Shown here piece by piece: positions 47,952 through 57,960 of a stretch of DNA of 64,000 nucleotides. This DNA is from Candidatus Woesearchaeota archaeon. GTDB lineage: Archaea; Nanobdellota; Nanobdellia; SCGC-AAA011-G17; JACPIM01. The stretch's first letter is position 1; each line of letters starts with the position of its first letter. The notes beneath the pieces were generated by a model. That model was not told where the DNA came from. It saw only the letters and a list, made by a program, of their open reading frames with translations, and searched no databases. Position numbers and translations under genes: made by a program. Location: the NCBI GenBank assembly GCA_964513145.1, contig CAZELK010000002.1, positions 65,113-129,112 of the forward strand, given 5' to 3'.

Positions 47952-50900
47952 ATGAGACTATTAAAAGAGAAATCTATATCTATGATTTTTTTAATAATTA
48001 TTTCGACTATTTATTTCGGGTTGAATTTTCAAGATGTTGAATCGCAGAGAACTACTGGTCAAAATGCCTGCTGTGAAATAACTAAAAATGGCGAGTCTTG
48101 TGTTTATACTGACATTTCCCAATGTGATGTTACAAATGGACAAGCAAGCAGGTCGAGATGCGAAGACACTTCTTACTGCACTAATATTTGTTGTGTTGAC
48201 CAGGCTAACGGCTGTTTTCCAAATACACCAAAAGGGGCTTGCCAGAAACAACAAAATAGCATTAATAATGATGCTTCCTGCAAGTCTGTGAATGAATGTG
48301 CTTTGGGATGCTGTGTTGCCGGCAACCAGTATAGTTTTACTTCTGAAAATAACTGCAAAAATTTACTTAACACGATTTACGGAACTAATTATGATTTTTC
48401 TGATAAATTTAAGACTGCTGGAAGTGAGCAAGAGTGCTTAAAATTAAGTTTGAATGATAAAGAAGGCTGCTGTGTTGATAACTGCAAATATGGAATAAAA
48501 TCTTCATGTGGCGATGATTTTAAACTAGATACTAAATGCAGCTCTTTAAATAAGTGCAGTAATTGCAAGGAACGTTCTTATAAAGAGTGCAAGGATGGAA
48601 ATATTTACTGGTTTGATTCCTGCGGTAATCCTGAAGATTTAATTCAAAGTTGTGATTATTCACAAGGAAATTTATGTGCCAATGAAAATGGAAATGTTTA
48701 CTGCAGAAGTTTAGATTGTTCAACAACCAAAAAATATTCTGAATGGGATTATACTGGAAAATCCAGGCAACATGGGGAAAGCTGGTGTGTTTATGAAAGC
48801 CCAACTGGTAATTTTTTAGACAGGCCAGGAAGCATACAATATAGAAATAACTGTTTAAACAATGAAGAAGTAAGTGAAAGCTGTGGTGATTTTAGAAAAC
48901 AAGTTTGCGTACAAGCTAATTTTAATAATTCCGGGTTTTCTGAAGCTAGCTGTGTTAATAATAATATTTACAATTCTCCTGTAAACGCTAATATATCTAC
49001 AGTTCCTGTTGGATTTAAATTTTGGGAAGCAAATAAAAATAAGGATCAATGCAAAAAAGGATCAACAAAATGCACTGTTTATTATGCAAAAAAAGACAGA
49101 ATTTCTGACTGGGAATGCAAAGGAAATTGTTTTTGCGAGACTCAGGAATTTATAGATGAGGCAAATAATTACTGCAAAAGTTTTGGAGACTGTGGTTTTA
49201 ATTATAATACTTTAGGAAAAGAAGGAAGCGGCGGATTAAATGTTTACTGGACTGGTTCTGAAATTGGAGACAATCCAACAACTTTATCACAAGCTTATTT
49301 AGAAAGTTTGAAAAAATTTGGAATTTATGGTGGGATGAGTTTTTTAAGTACTGAAACTGAAAAAGTTATTCCAAGTTTAGATATTGATAATGAAGATATT
49401 TTCGAGGAAGTTTTGATTAGTGGGATTGTTGGTTATTCAATTTTTACGATTATTAATATTGCTTTTCTCTCTTTAGGTCAAGTAACTTTAGGGTTTTCTT
49501 TATTACTTCCACTTATTACTGGGGGTCTTATTGTAGCTCCAGGCGCAGGTGCATTGAGTGGTGGAATTTTTGTGACTGGTAGTGTTGGGGGTATTATTTT
49601 TGGTGTTATTGCTGTTGCTATTTTAATTACAACAGCTATTTTAGGTATACTTTCTAGCGGTGGCAGTGTAAAAGAGAAGACGATAAATATAGACTGCAGT
49701 CCTTGGCAGGCTCCTTTAGGTGGAAAGGATTGTGGGAAGTGCACAGAAGATTCTTCCAAGGAATGTACTGAATATAAATGCAGAAGTTTAGGTGCCAGCT
49801 GCAGATTAGTTAATACTGAAGCACAAGATTTGAGCAAAATAAAATGTGTAGATTCTAATCCAAATGATGTTGGTGCGCCAAAATTGAGTCCTTATGCTGA
49901 AGGATATAGTCCTGTAGTTGAAAGATTAGGGTATAGAGTTGAAAATGTTGAGCCATTGAAATTATTTAATTTCGGTGTTATTACTGATGAAGATGCAACT
50001 TGCAAATATGATTTTAAATTTTCTACAAAATATGATGAGATGCAATATCCATTAAGTGATTTTTTAGGAACAAAGCACAATATGACCTTAATTTTACAAG
50101 GAGGCAAGGAATTTAAGTATTATGTAAAATGCAGAGACATGAATGGAAATGCTGGAACAGATTATTTAATTACAATTAAAACAAAGAAAGAACCAGATAA
50201 ACAGGCACCAATAATAATCGATACAAGCATTAAAAATAATGGTGTAATACCAAGCAATCTTGAAGCAGTTCCTTTGGATTTAGTGCTGAATGAACCTGCA
50301 ACTTGCAAATATGATACAAAAGATAATAAAAAATATGAAGACATGAATAATTTGTCGCTTTGCAATGCCCAGTTTAGCTTAATTCCTACAGAATACAAAT
50401 GCACTACAGCCTTAACTGGCTTGAAGAAAGGAATCAATACTTTCTTTTTCAAATGCAGGGACTTAATGAATAATACTAATACTGGATCTATATTTAGCGT
50501 AATCAGAAGTGAATCTTTGAATATTACTATTGATCCTATTACTCCCAAGGATTCTGTAGTTTCAAATAATATTGTTTTAAGTTTAACAACTATTGGCGGA
50601 AGTGAACAAGGAAAGAGCATTTGCAAATACAGTGACAGGGATTTAGCTTATGAAGGGATGACTTTGTTTTTAACTACAGACAGTTCACATCATGTACAGC
50701 CCCAAACCAATCTAAAAAAAGGAAATTATAATTATTATGTTAAATGCAGGGATAATGCAGGGAATGAAGACAGCAAAAAGATTAATTTTAAAATTCTGGG
50801 TGAAAATGTTGGCAGTTCTGTAATTTATGTTTACAAGGATTCTTTTAATATAAATGTTGTTTTGAATGCAGAATCAAGTTGCGAATACAGTAATAAACAA

Positions 50901-51038
50901 TTCTCATTTGGGGCTGGGGAGAAAATGAGCGATGACAATACAGCTATGCATTCAGCACCTTTAGTTTATAATGAATATTATATCCAATGTAAAGATAGTG
51001 AAGGAAAAAACATTAATGGTTTGAGAGTATCAGTTTAA
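47952..51038 (+). CDS. Large Cys-rich exported protein, paralog 1
   Basis: Signal peptide ending QDVES|Q; many Cys modules; central Gly-rich hydrophobic block; C-terminal repeated beta-sandwich-like units. Confidence 0.85.
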   Translation: MRLLKEKSISMIFLIIISTIYFGLNFQDVESQRTTGQNACCEITKNGESCVYTDISQCDVTNGQASRSRCEDTSYCTNICCVDQANGCFPNTPKGACQKQQNSINNDASCKSVNECALGCCVAGNQYSFTSENNCKNLLNTIYGTNYDFSDKFKTAGSEQECLKLSLNDKEGCCVDNCKYGIKSSCGDDFKLDTKCSSLNKCSNCKERSYKECKDGNIYWFDSCGNPEDLIQSCDYSQGNLCANENGNVYCRSLDCSTTKKYSEWDYTGKSRQHGESWCVYESPTGNFLDRPGSIQYRNNCLNNEEVSESCGDFRKQVCVQANFNNSGFSEASCVNNNIYNSPVNANISTVPVGFKFWEANKNKDQCKKGSTKCTVYYAKKDRISDWECKGNCFCETQEFIDEANNYCKSFGDCGFNYNTLGKEGSGGLNVYWTGSEIGDNPTTLSQAYLESLKKFGIYGGMSFLSTETEKVIPSLDIDNEDIFEEVLISGIVGYSIFTIINIAFLSLGQVTLGFSLLLPLITGGLIVAPGAGALSGGIFVTGSVGGIIFGVIAVAILITTAILGILSSGGSVKEKTINIDCSPWQAPLGGKDCGKCTEDSSKECTEYKCRSLGASCRLVNTEAQDLSKIKCVDSNPNDVGAPKLSPYAEGYSPVVERLGYRVENVEPLKLFNFGVITDEDATCKYDFKFSTKYDEMQYPLSDFLGTKHNMTLILQGGKEFKYYVKCRDMNGNAGTDYLITIKTKKEPDKQAPIIIDTSIKNNGVIPSNLEAVPLDLVLNEPATCKYDTKDNKKYEDMNNLSLCNAQFSLIPTEYKCTTALTGLKKGINTFFFKCRDLMNNTNTGSIFSVIRSESLNITIDPITPKDSVVSNNIVLSLTTIGGSEQGKSICKYSDRDLAYEGMTLFLTTDSSHHVQPQTNLKKGNYNYYVKCRDNAGNEDSKKINFKILGENVGSSVIYVYKDSFNINVVLNAESSCEYSNKQFSFGAGEKMSDDNTAMHSAPLVYNEYYIQCKDSEGKNINGLRVSV

Positions 51039-51049
51039 TTTTGTGGAAT

Positions 51050-54000
51050 ATGTATAAATTTAAATTTTTTAAAAAAGAGGAAGCTGTTTTTATGATTTAC
51101 TTGATAGTTTCTTTAAGCTTAGTTTTTCAGATTTCCCAGGATGTTGAAGCACAATCGAATAATGTTTGCTGCGAATTAACCAAGCCTGGAGATTCTTGTG
51201 TTTATACTAGCAGAGACCAATGCAATACGCAAAATGGCAGGCAGATTAGTCCACTTAGATGTGAAGATTCTTTTTTTTGTGTTGATATCTGTTGTGTTGA
51301 CCAGAATAGCTGTTCACCAAATACACCAAAATCTTCTTGCCAGACCAGAACAAATACAAGAATTTTTAGTGACAATACTTGTTTGAGCGTAAGCCAATGC
51401 AATCTTGGTTGCTGTACTGTTGGAAATGATAAAAGATTTATCCAAGAAATTCAATGCAAGAATTTAGCTGACATTGTTTTGGGAAGTAATTATAATTTTG
51501 GTGATGTTTTTAAAAAAATTCCAATTAATGAATGTATTTTGCAATCACAAAATGAAAACGGATGCTGCATTAGCAATGGGATTTGCAGCTCTGGAAATGA
51601 ATTAACCTGTGCTGGAAATTTTAATTCTGGGAAAGAATGCAGTACTTTAAATGAATGCAGTAATTGTGAAAGACATTCTTACAAAGACTGCAGAGACGGG
51701 AATATTTACTGGTTTGATTCCTGTGGCAATACTGAAGATTTAGCTGAAACATGTAATTTTAATGATGGAAGTTTATGTGTTAAAGAAAATGATAATGCTT
51801 TTTGCAGAAATTTAGACTGTCCAAATACTAAAAAATATGAAGGGTGGGATTATACTGGAAAACCCAGAAAAAATGGAGAGAGCTGGTGTATTTATGACGG
51901 TCCAACTGGAAATTTTACAGACAGGCCAGGAAGCAGGCATTACAAAGCCAGTTGTTTAAATGGGGAAGAGATTGTAGAAAATTGCAGAGACTATAGGGAA
52001 CAAGTCTGTATACCACTTAATTATAAAGAAGGATTTTCACAAGCAGAATGTGTTAATAATAATATTTATGATTCTATAGTTAAAGTTGATATTTCAAGTG
52101 TGCCAACAGGTTTTAAGTTTTGGGAAACTGAACAAGATCTTAAAAATAAATGCAATAAAGGATCAAGATCCTGCACTGTAGTTTATCTTAAGGAAGACAG
52201 GTTTTCTGACTGGGAATGTGAAGGAAATTGTTTTTGCGAGACTCAGGGATTTATAGATGAAGCAAATAATTACTGCAAAAGTTTTGGAGACTGCGGTTTT
52301 AATTATAATACTTTAGGAAAAGAAGGAAGCGGCGGATTAAATGTTTACTGGACTGGAACAGAATTAGGAGACAGCCCAAACACTTTAAGCGAGAATTATC
52401 TTAATTTTTTAAAAAAATTTGGAATTTATGGGGGCATGAGATTTCTTGATGATGAATCCAAAAAAATAATAAATGCACCTGAAACAGAAGCAAACAAGTA
52501 TCTCCATGATATTTTGATTTTTGGACCTATAGCTGCTTCCGGATCTTATGCTGTTTTGAATTATCTGGCGACAGGATTTATACCGAACTTAATGGGTCTT
52601 ATTATAGGCAGTGCTCTCGGGGCTTCATTAGCACCTATATTTGGAGAAGATCCCCTTGAAGGAGCTTATGTTGGGGCAGCAGTTACAGCTGCCGGAGCAT
52701 CATCCTCTCTTAGTACTGCAGCTACTACGTCCAGTTATTTTGGGCCCCCTGGGTGGATAGTTGCTGCAATTCTCGCTATTGCTTCTCTTGCTTTATCTGT
52801 TGTTTACAGTGGCGGGGGTGTAAGAGAAAAAACAATTAATATAGACTGCAATCCATGGCAAGCTCCTTTAGGTGGAAGTAATTGTGGGAAATGCACAGAA
52901 GATTCTTCAAAAGAATGTACAGAATACAGGTGCAGAAGTCTGGGAATAAATTGCAGAATATCAGATGAATTTACTGATCATGTTCAATGTGTAAATATTA
53001 ATACTAATGACATTAATTCACCAAAAATATCTCCTTTACTTATACAAGATTATAGTTTAATAGAGGATAGACTGGGCTATAAAATAAAAGAACCAGTTGA
53101 TCCTTCCGAGCAACTTACTTTTGGAATTATTACTGATGAAGATGCAACTTGCAAATATGATTTTACTGTTTTTACAAAATATGAAGACATGAGATATAGT
53201 TTTGGAGATACTTTATTTAAGAAAGAACGCAATTTAACTTTGTTTTTAGAAGGAAATAAAGAATTTAATTATTATGTTAAATGCCAGGATACAAATGGGA
53301 ATATTGGACATGATTATTTAATTAATTTTAGAACTAAAAAAGAGATTGACAAACAAGCACCAATAATTATTGATACAAGCATTGAAAATAACGCAATTGT
53401 ACCAAATATTTTAGATAAGACTTTACTTGAATTAGAATTAAATGAGCCCAGTATCTGCAGATATGATGTAAAAGATAAAAAATATGATGAAATGACAAAT
53501 CAGGGAATCTGCAATAATGAGTTTAGTTCAGTTCCTGTCAAATATAATTGCAAATTAGCTTTAAACAATCTGAAAAAGGGAGCTAATGGTTATTATTTTA
53601 GATGCAGAGATTTCTTTAATAATACAAATCCACAATCTTACAAATTTAGCTTAATTAAAAGCGAGCCTTTAGTAATTACTGTAAATGATGTTACTCCAAA
53701 AGATTTTAGCTATCAGAATGATATTACTTTAAGCCTGACTACTTCTTTAGGAAGCAATCAAGGAATAAGTGTTTGCAAATTTAGTGAACAGAATTTACCT
53801 TTTGAAAGAATGATTGAATTTAAAAATACAAACGGCGTGAATCATTTACAATTACAGACTGACTTGAAAAAAGGAAATTACAATTATTATGTCAAATGCA
53901 GAGACAATGTTGGAAATGAAGACAGTGAAAAAATTAGTTTTAAAGTTGTTTTAGACGGCAAGAGAAAAGACATTGTTTCTTTTTATAAAGATGCCAATGC

Positions 54001-54190
54001 CCTGTATTTAATTTTAAATGTTGAGTCTAATTGTGAGTATAATAATAAAGATTTTATTTATGGTCAAGGAATTAAAATGGGCGGAGAAGATACGACGACA
54101 CATGTTGCACCATTAACTTTTAATGATTATTATATTAAATGCAAAGATAATGATTACAAGGATATTAAGGGAATTAAAATAAATGTTTAA
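51050..54190 (+). CDS. Large Cys-rich exported protein, paralog 2
   Basis: Same architecture (QDVEA|Q; GESWC.Y; CKSFGDCG; PWQAP.GG.C.KC). Confidence 0.85.
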   Translation: MYKFKFFKKEEAVFMIYLIVSLSLVFQISQDVEAQSNNVCCELTKPGDSCVYTSRDQCNTQNGRQISPLRCEDSFFCVDICCVDQNSCSPNTPKSSCQTRTNTRIFSDNTCLSVSQCNLGCCTVGNDKRFIQEIQCKNLADIVLGSNYNFGDVFKKIPINECILQSQNENGCCISNGICSSGNELTCAGNFNSGKECSTLNECSNCERHSYKDCRDGNIYWFDSCGNTEDLAETCNFNDGSLCVKENDNAFCRNLDCPNTKKYEGWDYTGKPRKNGESWCIYDGPTGNFTDRPGSRHYKASCLNGEEIVENCRDYREQVCIPLNYKEGFSQAECVNNNIYDSIVKVDISSVPTGFKFWETEQDLKNKCNKGSRSCTVVYLKEDRFSDWECEGNCFCETQGFIDEANNYCKSFGDCGFNYNTLGKEGSGGLNVYWTGTELGDSPNTLSENYLNFLKKFGIYGGMRFLDDESKKIINAPETEANKYLHDILIFGPIAASGSYAVLNYLATGFIPNLMGLIIGSALGASLAPIFGEDPLEGAYVGAAVTAAGASSSLSTAATTSSYFGPPGWIVAAILAIASLALSVVYSGGGVREKTINIDCNPWQAPLGGSNCGKCTEDSSKECTEYRCRSLGINCRISDEFTDHVQCVNINTNDINSPKISPLLIQDYSLIEDRLGYKIKEPVDPSEQLTFGIITDEDATCKYDFTVFTKYEDMRYSFGDTLFKKERNLTLFLEGNKEFNYYVKCQDTNGNIGHDYLINFRTKKEIDKQAPIIIDTSIENNAIVPNILDKTLLELELNEPSICRYDVKDKKYDEMTNQGICNNEFSSVPVKYNCKLALNNLKKGANGYYFRCRDFFNNTNPQSYKFSLIKSEPLVITVNDVTPKDFSYQNDITLSLTTSLGSNQGISVCKFSEQNLPFERMIEFKNTNGVNHLQLQTDLKKGNYNYYVKCRDNVGNEDSEKISFKVVLDGKRKDIVSFYKDANALYLILNVESNCEYNNKDFIYGQGIKMGGEDTTTHVAPLTFNDYYIKCKDNDYKDIKGIKINV

Positions 54191-54277
54191 TAAGCTTTTA
54201 AGAAAAGCTTAAGCAAAACTGGCAGTCTTTAAAAAAACTTAAGCAAAAACAAACTTTTTAAGAAAAATTTCAAAAAA
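54191..54277 (+). repeat. Cluster of one full and two degenerate hairpin-tail elements after Cys-rich paralog 2
   Basis: TAAGCTTTTAAGAAAAGCTTAAGCAAAACTGG (AAAAGCTTAAGCAAAACTGG identical to the copy at 8254) then ..AAAAAAACTTAAGCAAAAAC and AAACTTTTTAAGAAAAATTTCAAAAAA. Confidence 0.75.
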
Positions 54278-54343
54278 ATAAAGACAATATTTCTGCTGCT
54301 CACTAGTAATTGAAATTTTTGTGTATTAGTAATTAATATATCA

Positions 54344-54391
54344 TTCGATTGTAATCGAAAGCTTTATATAATTCATTCGATCATAATCTAG
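54344..54391. promoter_or_regulatory. Palindromic operator-like pair flanking TATA of first DUF4143 ATPase
   Basis: TTCGATTGTAATCGAA, TTTATATA, then TTCGATCATAATCTAG. Confidence 0.55.
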
Positions 54392-55665
54392 TGATGAAAG
54401 ACATATTATATGAATGGAACCCCTGGTGGTCAGGAAATTACACTTTTAAAGGCATTTCTAGAGAGAAAATTAAGGATATTATTCCATGGATAACAAGAAA
54501 AGAAATAATATCCATACTTGGAGTAAGAAGATCCGGAAAAACAACTATTTTATTTGAAATAATTGAGTTTTTAATAAATAACAAAACTAATTCTAAAAAT
54601 ATTTTATTTATTAAAGCAGATGATGATAGGATTAAGAAAGAAGAATTAATAGATCTGGCCTTAGATGAATATCAAAAATTAATTAATCCTGACTTGAATA
54701 TTTTTGTTTTTATTGATGAAATTCAAGAAATAAAAGATTGGCAAAAAACACTAAAAAGAATATATGATTTACACCCTGAATTTAAATTATTTATTACCGG
54801 ATCAAATGCTTCACTTTTAAAGGAAGAATTAGGTTCGTTTCTAGCTGGTAGATTTTCTTATTTTGAAATTTTTCCATTTAATTTCCGTGAATTTTTACAA
54901 GCAAATAAAGTATTATTAAAAAATGAAAAGGATATAATTAATAATAAAAATAAAATAAGAAATCTATTAATAGAATATGTTAGTTATGGTTCGTTTCCCG
55001 AAGTCTCGCTTGAAAAAGATGAGAAAATAAAAAAAGAATTAATAAACTTTTATTTTGATTCTATATTTTATAGGGACATATTAAAAAGAAAAGAAATAAG
55101 AAACACAGACAAACTGGATAAGTTGGCAAAATATTATTTACAAAATATATCCAGCTTTAGCAATTTTACAAAGGTAGCTAAATTACTAGAATTAACAACA
55201 GATAGTATAGTTGAATATACCAGGGCTTTAGAGGATGCTTATTTAATATTTTCTATAAATCTTTTTGAATTTTCTTATAAAAAACAAATAATAAACCCCA
55301 AAAAAATTTATTGTGTTGATACAGGAATTAGAAACATTGTCGGATTTAAATTTTCTGAAGATATTGGGAAATTATATGAAAATATAGTTTTTATTTTATT
55401 AAAACGAACTACAAAAGAGATTTATTACTGGAAGAATAAATATGAGTGCGATTTTATAGTTAAAAATGGAAAGAATTTAAGCGCAATACAAGTTTGTTAT
55501 GATATTAATAGTTCTAAGGAAAGGGAACTTAAGGGGATAATAGAAGCTCTAAGAGAATTTAAAATAAAAGAAGGGCTTATAATTACAGACAACTATGAAG
55601 CAGAAGAGAGATTAGAAGGTAAAATAATTAAGTTTATTCCTTTATGGAAATGGCTGTTAGATTAG
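54391..55665 (+). CDS. AAA_14 + DUF4143 ATPase (COG1373-like)
   Basis: GVRRSGKT, FIDEIQ, TGSNA, LAGR, KIYCVDTG, ECDF..IQVC. Confidence 0.9.
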   Translation: MMKDILYEWNPWWSGNYTFKGISREKIKDIIPWITRKEIISILGVRRSGKTTILFEIIEFLINNKTNSKNILFIKADDDRIKKEELIDLALDEYQKLINPDLNIFVFIDEIQEIKDWQKTLKRIYDLHPEFKLFITGSNASLLKEELGSFLAGRFSYFEIFPFNFREFLQANKVLLKNEKDIINNKNKIRNLLIEYVSYGSFPEVSLEKDEKIKKELINFYFDSIFYRDILKRKEIRNTDKLDKLAKYYLQNISSFSNFTKVAKLLELTTDSIVEYTRALEDAYLIFSINLFEFSYKKQIINPKKIYCVDTGIRNIVGFKFSEDIGKLYENIVFILLKRTTKEIYYWKNKYECDFIVKNGKNLSAIQVCYDINSSKERELKGIIEALREFKIKEGLIITDNYEAEERLEGKIIKFIPLWKWLLD

Positions 55666-55749
55666 TTTCTTAGAAGAAACTAATAAATATATATTAGTTT
55701 CCTATATGAAACGAAAATCTTATATATTAGTTCCTTTTAAGAAACTAAT
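55661..55749. promoter_or_regulatory. Three ATTAGTTTC-N6-GAAACTAAT palindromes upstream of second DUF4143 ATPase
   Basis: Sites at 55661-55684, 55693-55716, 55726-55749, spaced 32-33 bp. Confidence 0.65.
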
Positions 55750-55767
55750 AAGGTGAGGTTTACATAG

Positions 55768-57024
55768 ATGGATATCATAGAATTATTTAACCCGTGGTGG
55801 AAAGAGAACAAAATAAGCAAGGAATTAGCTTTAGATTATAGAAGAAAAATTTTTCCAGAAATCAAGAATTTAGTTAAATTAAGACAAATTCTTATTTTAT
55901 CCGGATTGAGAAGAGTAGGCAAAACCACAGCAATGTACCAATTAATGGAAGACTTGCTTAAAGAAGATATAAAACCAGACAAAATATTTTATTTTTCTTT
56001 TGATGAAAAAATTGAAAATTTATTAGATATTTTACAAAAATACAATGAATTAGTTAATGTTGATTGGAGAAAAGAAAAATGTTATTTATTTTTTGATGAA
56101 ATACAAAAATTAAGAGACTGGAGCAATAAATTAAAAATTATTTATGATGGCTACCCAAATTTGAAAATAATTATATCGGGATCAAGCAGTTTCGAATTAG
56201 AAAAAGAAGCTAAAGTAAATCTAGCTGGAAGACATTTTGTCATCGACGTTAAACCATTAGAATTTATTGAATATCTGGAATTAAAAAATATTAAAATAGA
56301 TTTAAATAAAAAAATTTATGATGAAGAAATAAAAAATGAATTTAAAAATTATTTAATAAAGCCTTTTCCTGAAATTGTAAATGTTAATGAACAAAGCATT
56401 ATAGCTAATTACATTAAGCAGAATGTTATTGAAAAAGTCTTAAAAATAGACTTGTCAAAAAGATTTAAGCATATTAATGAGGATCTTCTTGAAAGATTAA
56501 TTAATATTTGTTTTGATAAACCTGGTTTTTATATAAATTATGATGATCTTGCAAAAGAATTTATGATAAGCAAGAAAACTTTGATGCAACATTTTTATTA
56601 TTTGGAATTTGCTTATATAATAAGAAAAGTAAAAAATTACAGGGTTGGGGCAAGGGCTACATCAAGAAAATTACAAAGGGCTTATCCTTTTCATTGGTCT
56701 TTAAGATTTGGTTGGAATGGAAACATAGATTATGAAAGCGTAGTTTCTACGTTTTTAGATGCAAAGTATTACTGGAGAGAAAATGGGAAGGAAGTAGATT
56801 TTTTGCATTTTGACAAGAAAAACATTATTCCAATAGAGGTTAAAGAAGGAACTATTGGAAATAATGATTTAAAATCATTAATTTATTTTTTAACCAAATT
56901 TAATATTAAAAATGGGGTTGTTTTTTATAATGGAAAAGAGGAAGACTTTAAATATGATAAGATTACAATTAAAAAGATACCAATTTGGAAAATAATTGAT
57001 AAAACTAATATTTATAAATTTTAA
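55768..57024 (+). CDS. AAA_14 + DUF4143 ATPase (COG1373-like), second copy
   Basis: GLRRVGKT, FFDEIQ, SGSSS, LAGR, EVDF..PIEVK. Confidence 0.9.
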   Translation: MDIIELFNPWWKENKISKELALDYRRKIFPEIKNLVKLRQILILSGLRRVGKTTAMYQLMEDLLKEDIKPDKIFYFSFDEKIENLLDILQKYNELVNVDWRKEKCYLFFDEIQKLRDWSNKLKIIYDGYPNLKIIISGSSSFELEKEAKVNLAGRHFVIDVKPLEFIEYLELKNIKIDLNKKIYDEEIKNEFKNYLIKPFPEIVNVNEQSIIANYIKQNVIEKVLKIDLSKRFKHINEDLLERLINICFDKPGFYINYDDLAKEFMISKKTLMQHFYYLEFAYIIRKVKNYRVGARATSRKLQRAYPFHWSLRFGWNGNIDYESVVSTFLDAKYYWRENGKEVDFLHFDKKNIIPIEVKEGTIGNNDLKSLIYFLTKFNIKNGVVFYNGKEEDFKYDKITIKKIPIWKIIDKTNIYKF

Positions 57025-57040
57025 AAAGGAGTGAATATTT

Positions 57041-57826
57041 ATGAAAAAGAGAGGGCAGGTTTCTGTTTTTGCAATAGTTGGAGTTATAATTGTTGCCCTA
57101 GTTGTTTTATTTTTATTTGCAAGAAATAAAGTTTATATTGGCGGTGTAAGCTTAGAAAATCTTGAAAAAGAATTTCCACCAATTCAGTCGCATGTGGAAA
57201 ATTGCCTGCAGGAAGTTGGGGAAAAATACATCCCCTTTCTAGGAAAACAAGGAGGGTATTTAAATACAAACCCAGGAACATTTAGACAATATAAAGGAGA
57301 CAATATAAACTATTTATGCTACAATATCCAAGGAAAAGCTGAATGCAGCAACCGTGGATTAAGATTAAGTGATATTGAAAATTCTTTAGAAAAGGGCATG
57401 ATACAAGATATCAATAGATGCTTAGACATAGACCAATTTGATAAATTTGGATTAGATGTGAGCAGGAGTGAGGCAAGCTTAGATGTTGATGTTGGAGAGG
57501 ATAAAGTAATATTAAAAGCTAATTTACCTGTCAAGATCAGCAAGGGTGATGTAGAAGCAAGAAGGGATCAATTTGTTACAGAATTAAATTATCCTTTAGG
57601 AAGATTGTATAATAGTGTTAAGGATATAGTTGACAGCGAGGCTTTAAATGGAAATTTGGATACTTTAACTTATTCAGTTTTAAAAACAAGAACTACTGGA
57701 AAACCCTATATTGTTCAAAAATTGCAGCCTTATCCTGACAAGCTTTATATTTTAAAAATAAAAGATGTTCCTAGTGAGAAAAATGAATTTGTATTTCAGT
57801 TTTTTATCCAGGATGAACCTCTTTAA
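57041..57826 (+). CDS. Protein with class III (pilin/archaellin-type) signal peptide
   Basis: MKKRG|QVSVFAIVGVIIVALVVLFLF N-terminus. Confidence 0.75.
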   Translation: MKKRGQVSVFAIVGVIIVALVVLFLFARNKVYIGGVSLENLEKEFPPIQSHVENCLQEVGEKYIPFLGKQGGYLNTNPGTFRQYKGDNINYLCYNIQGKAECSNRGLRLSDIENSLEKGMIQDINRCLDIDQFDKFGLDVSRSEASLDVDVGEDKVILKANLPVKISKGDVEARRDQFVTELNYPLGRLYNSVKDIVDSEALNGNLDTLTYSVLKTRTTGKPYIVQKLQPYPDKLYILKIKDVPSEKNEFVFQFFIQDEPL

Positions 57827-57920
57827 CTTATTCTTTTATGTTTAATATTCATTTATAAACACTAAAGAAAGCTTTATAAGAACTTATTAAGAAAATGAAA
57901 AACTAAAGATTTAAATACTT

Positions 57921-57934
57921 CTATAGTACTATAG
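57921..57934. promoter_or_regulatory. 14-bp palindrome upstream of AbiEi-like antitoxin
   Basis: CTATAGTACTATAG just after TTTAAATA box. Confidence 0.45.
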
Positions 57935-57960
57935 TTATCAAGAAAGATAACTAAGGTAAA

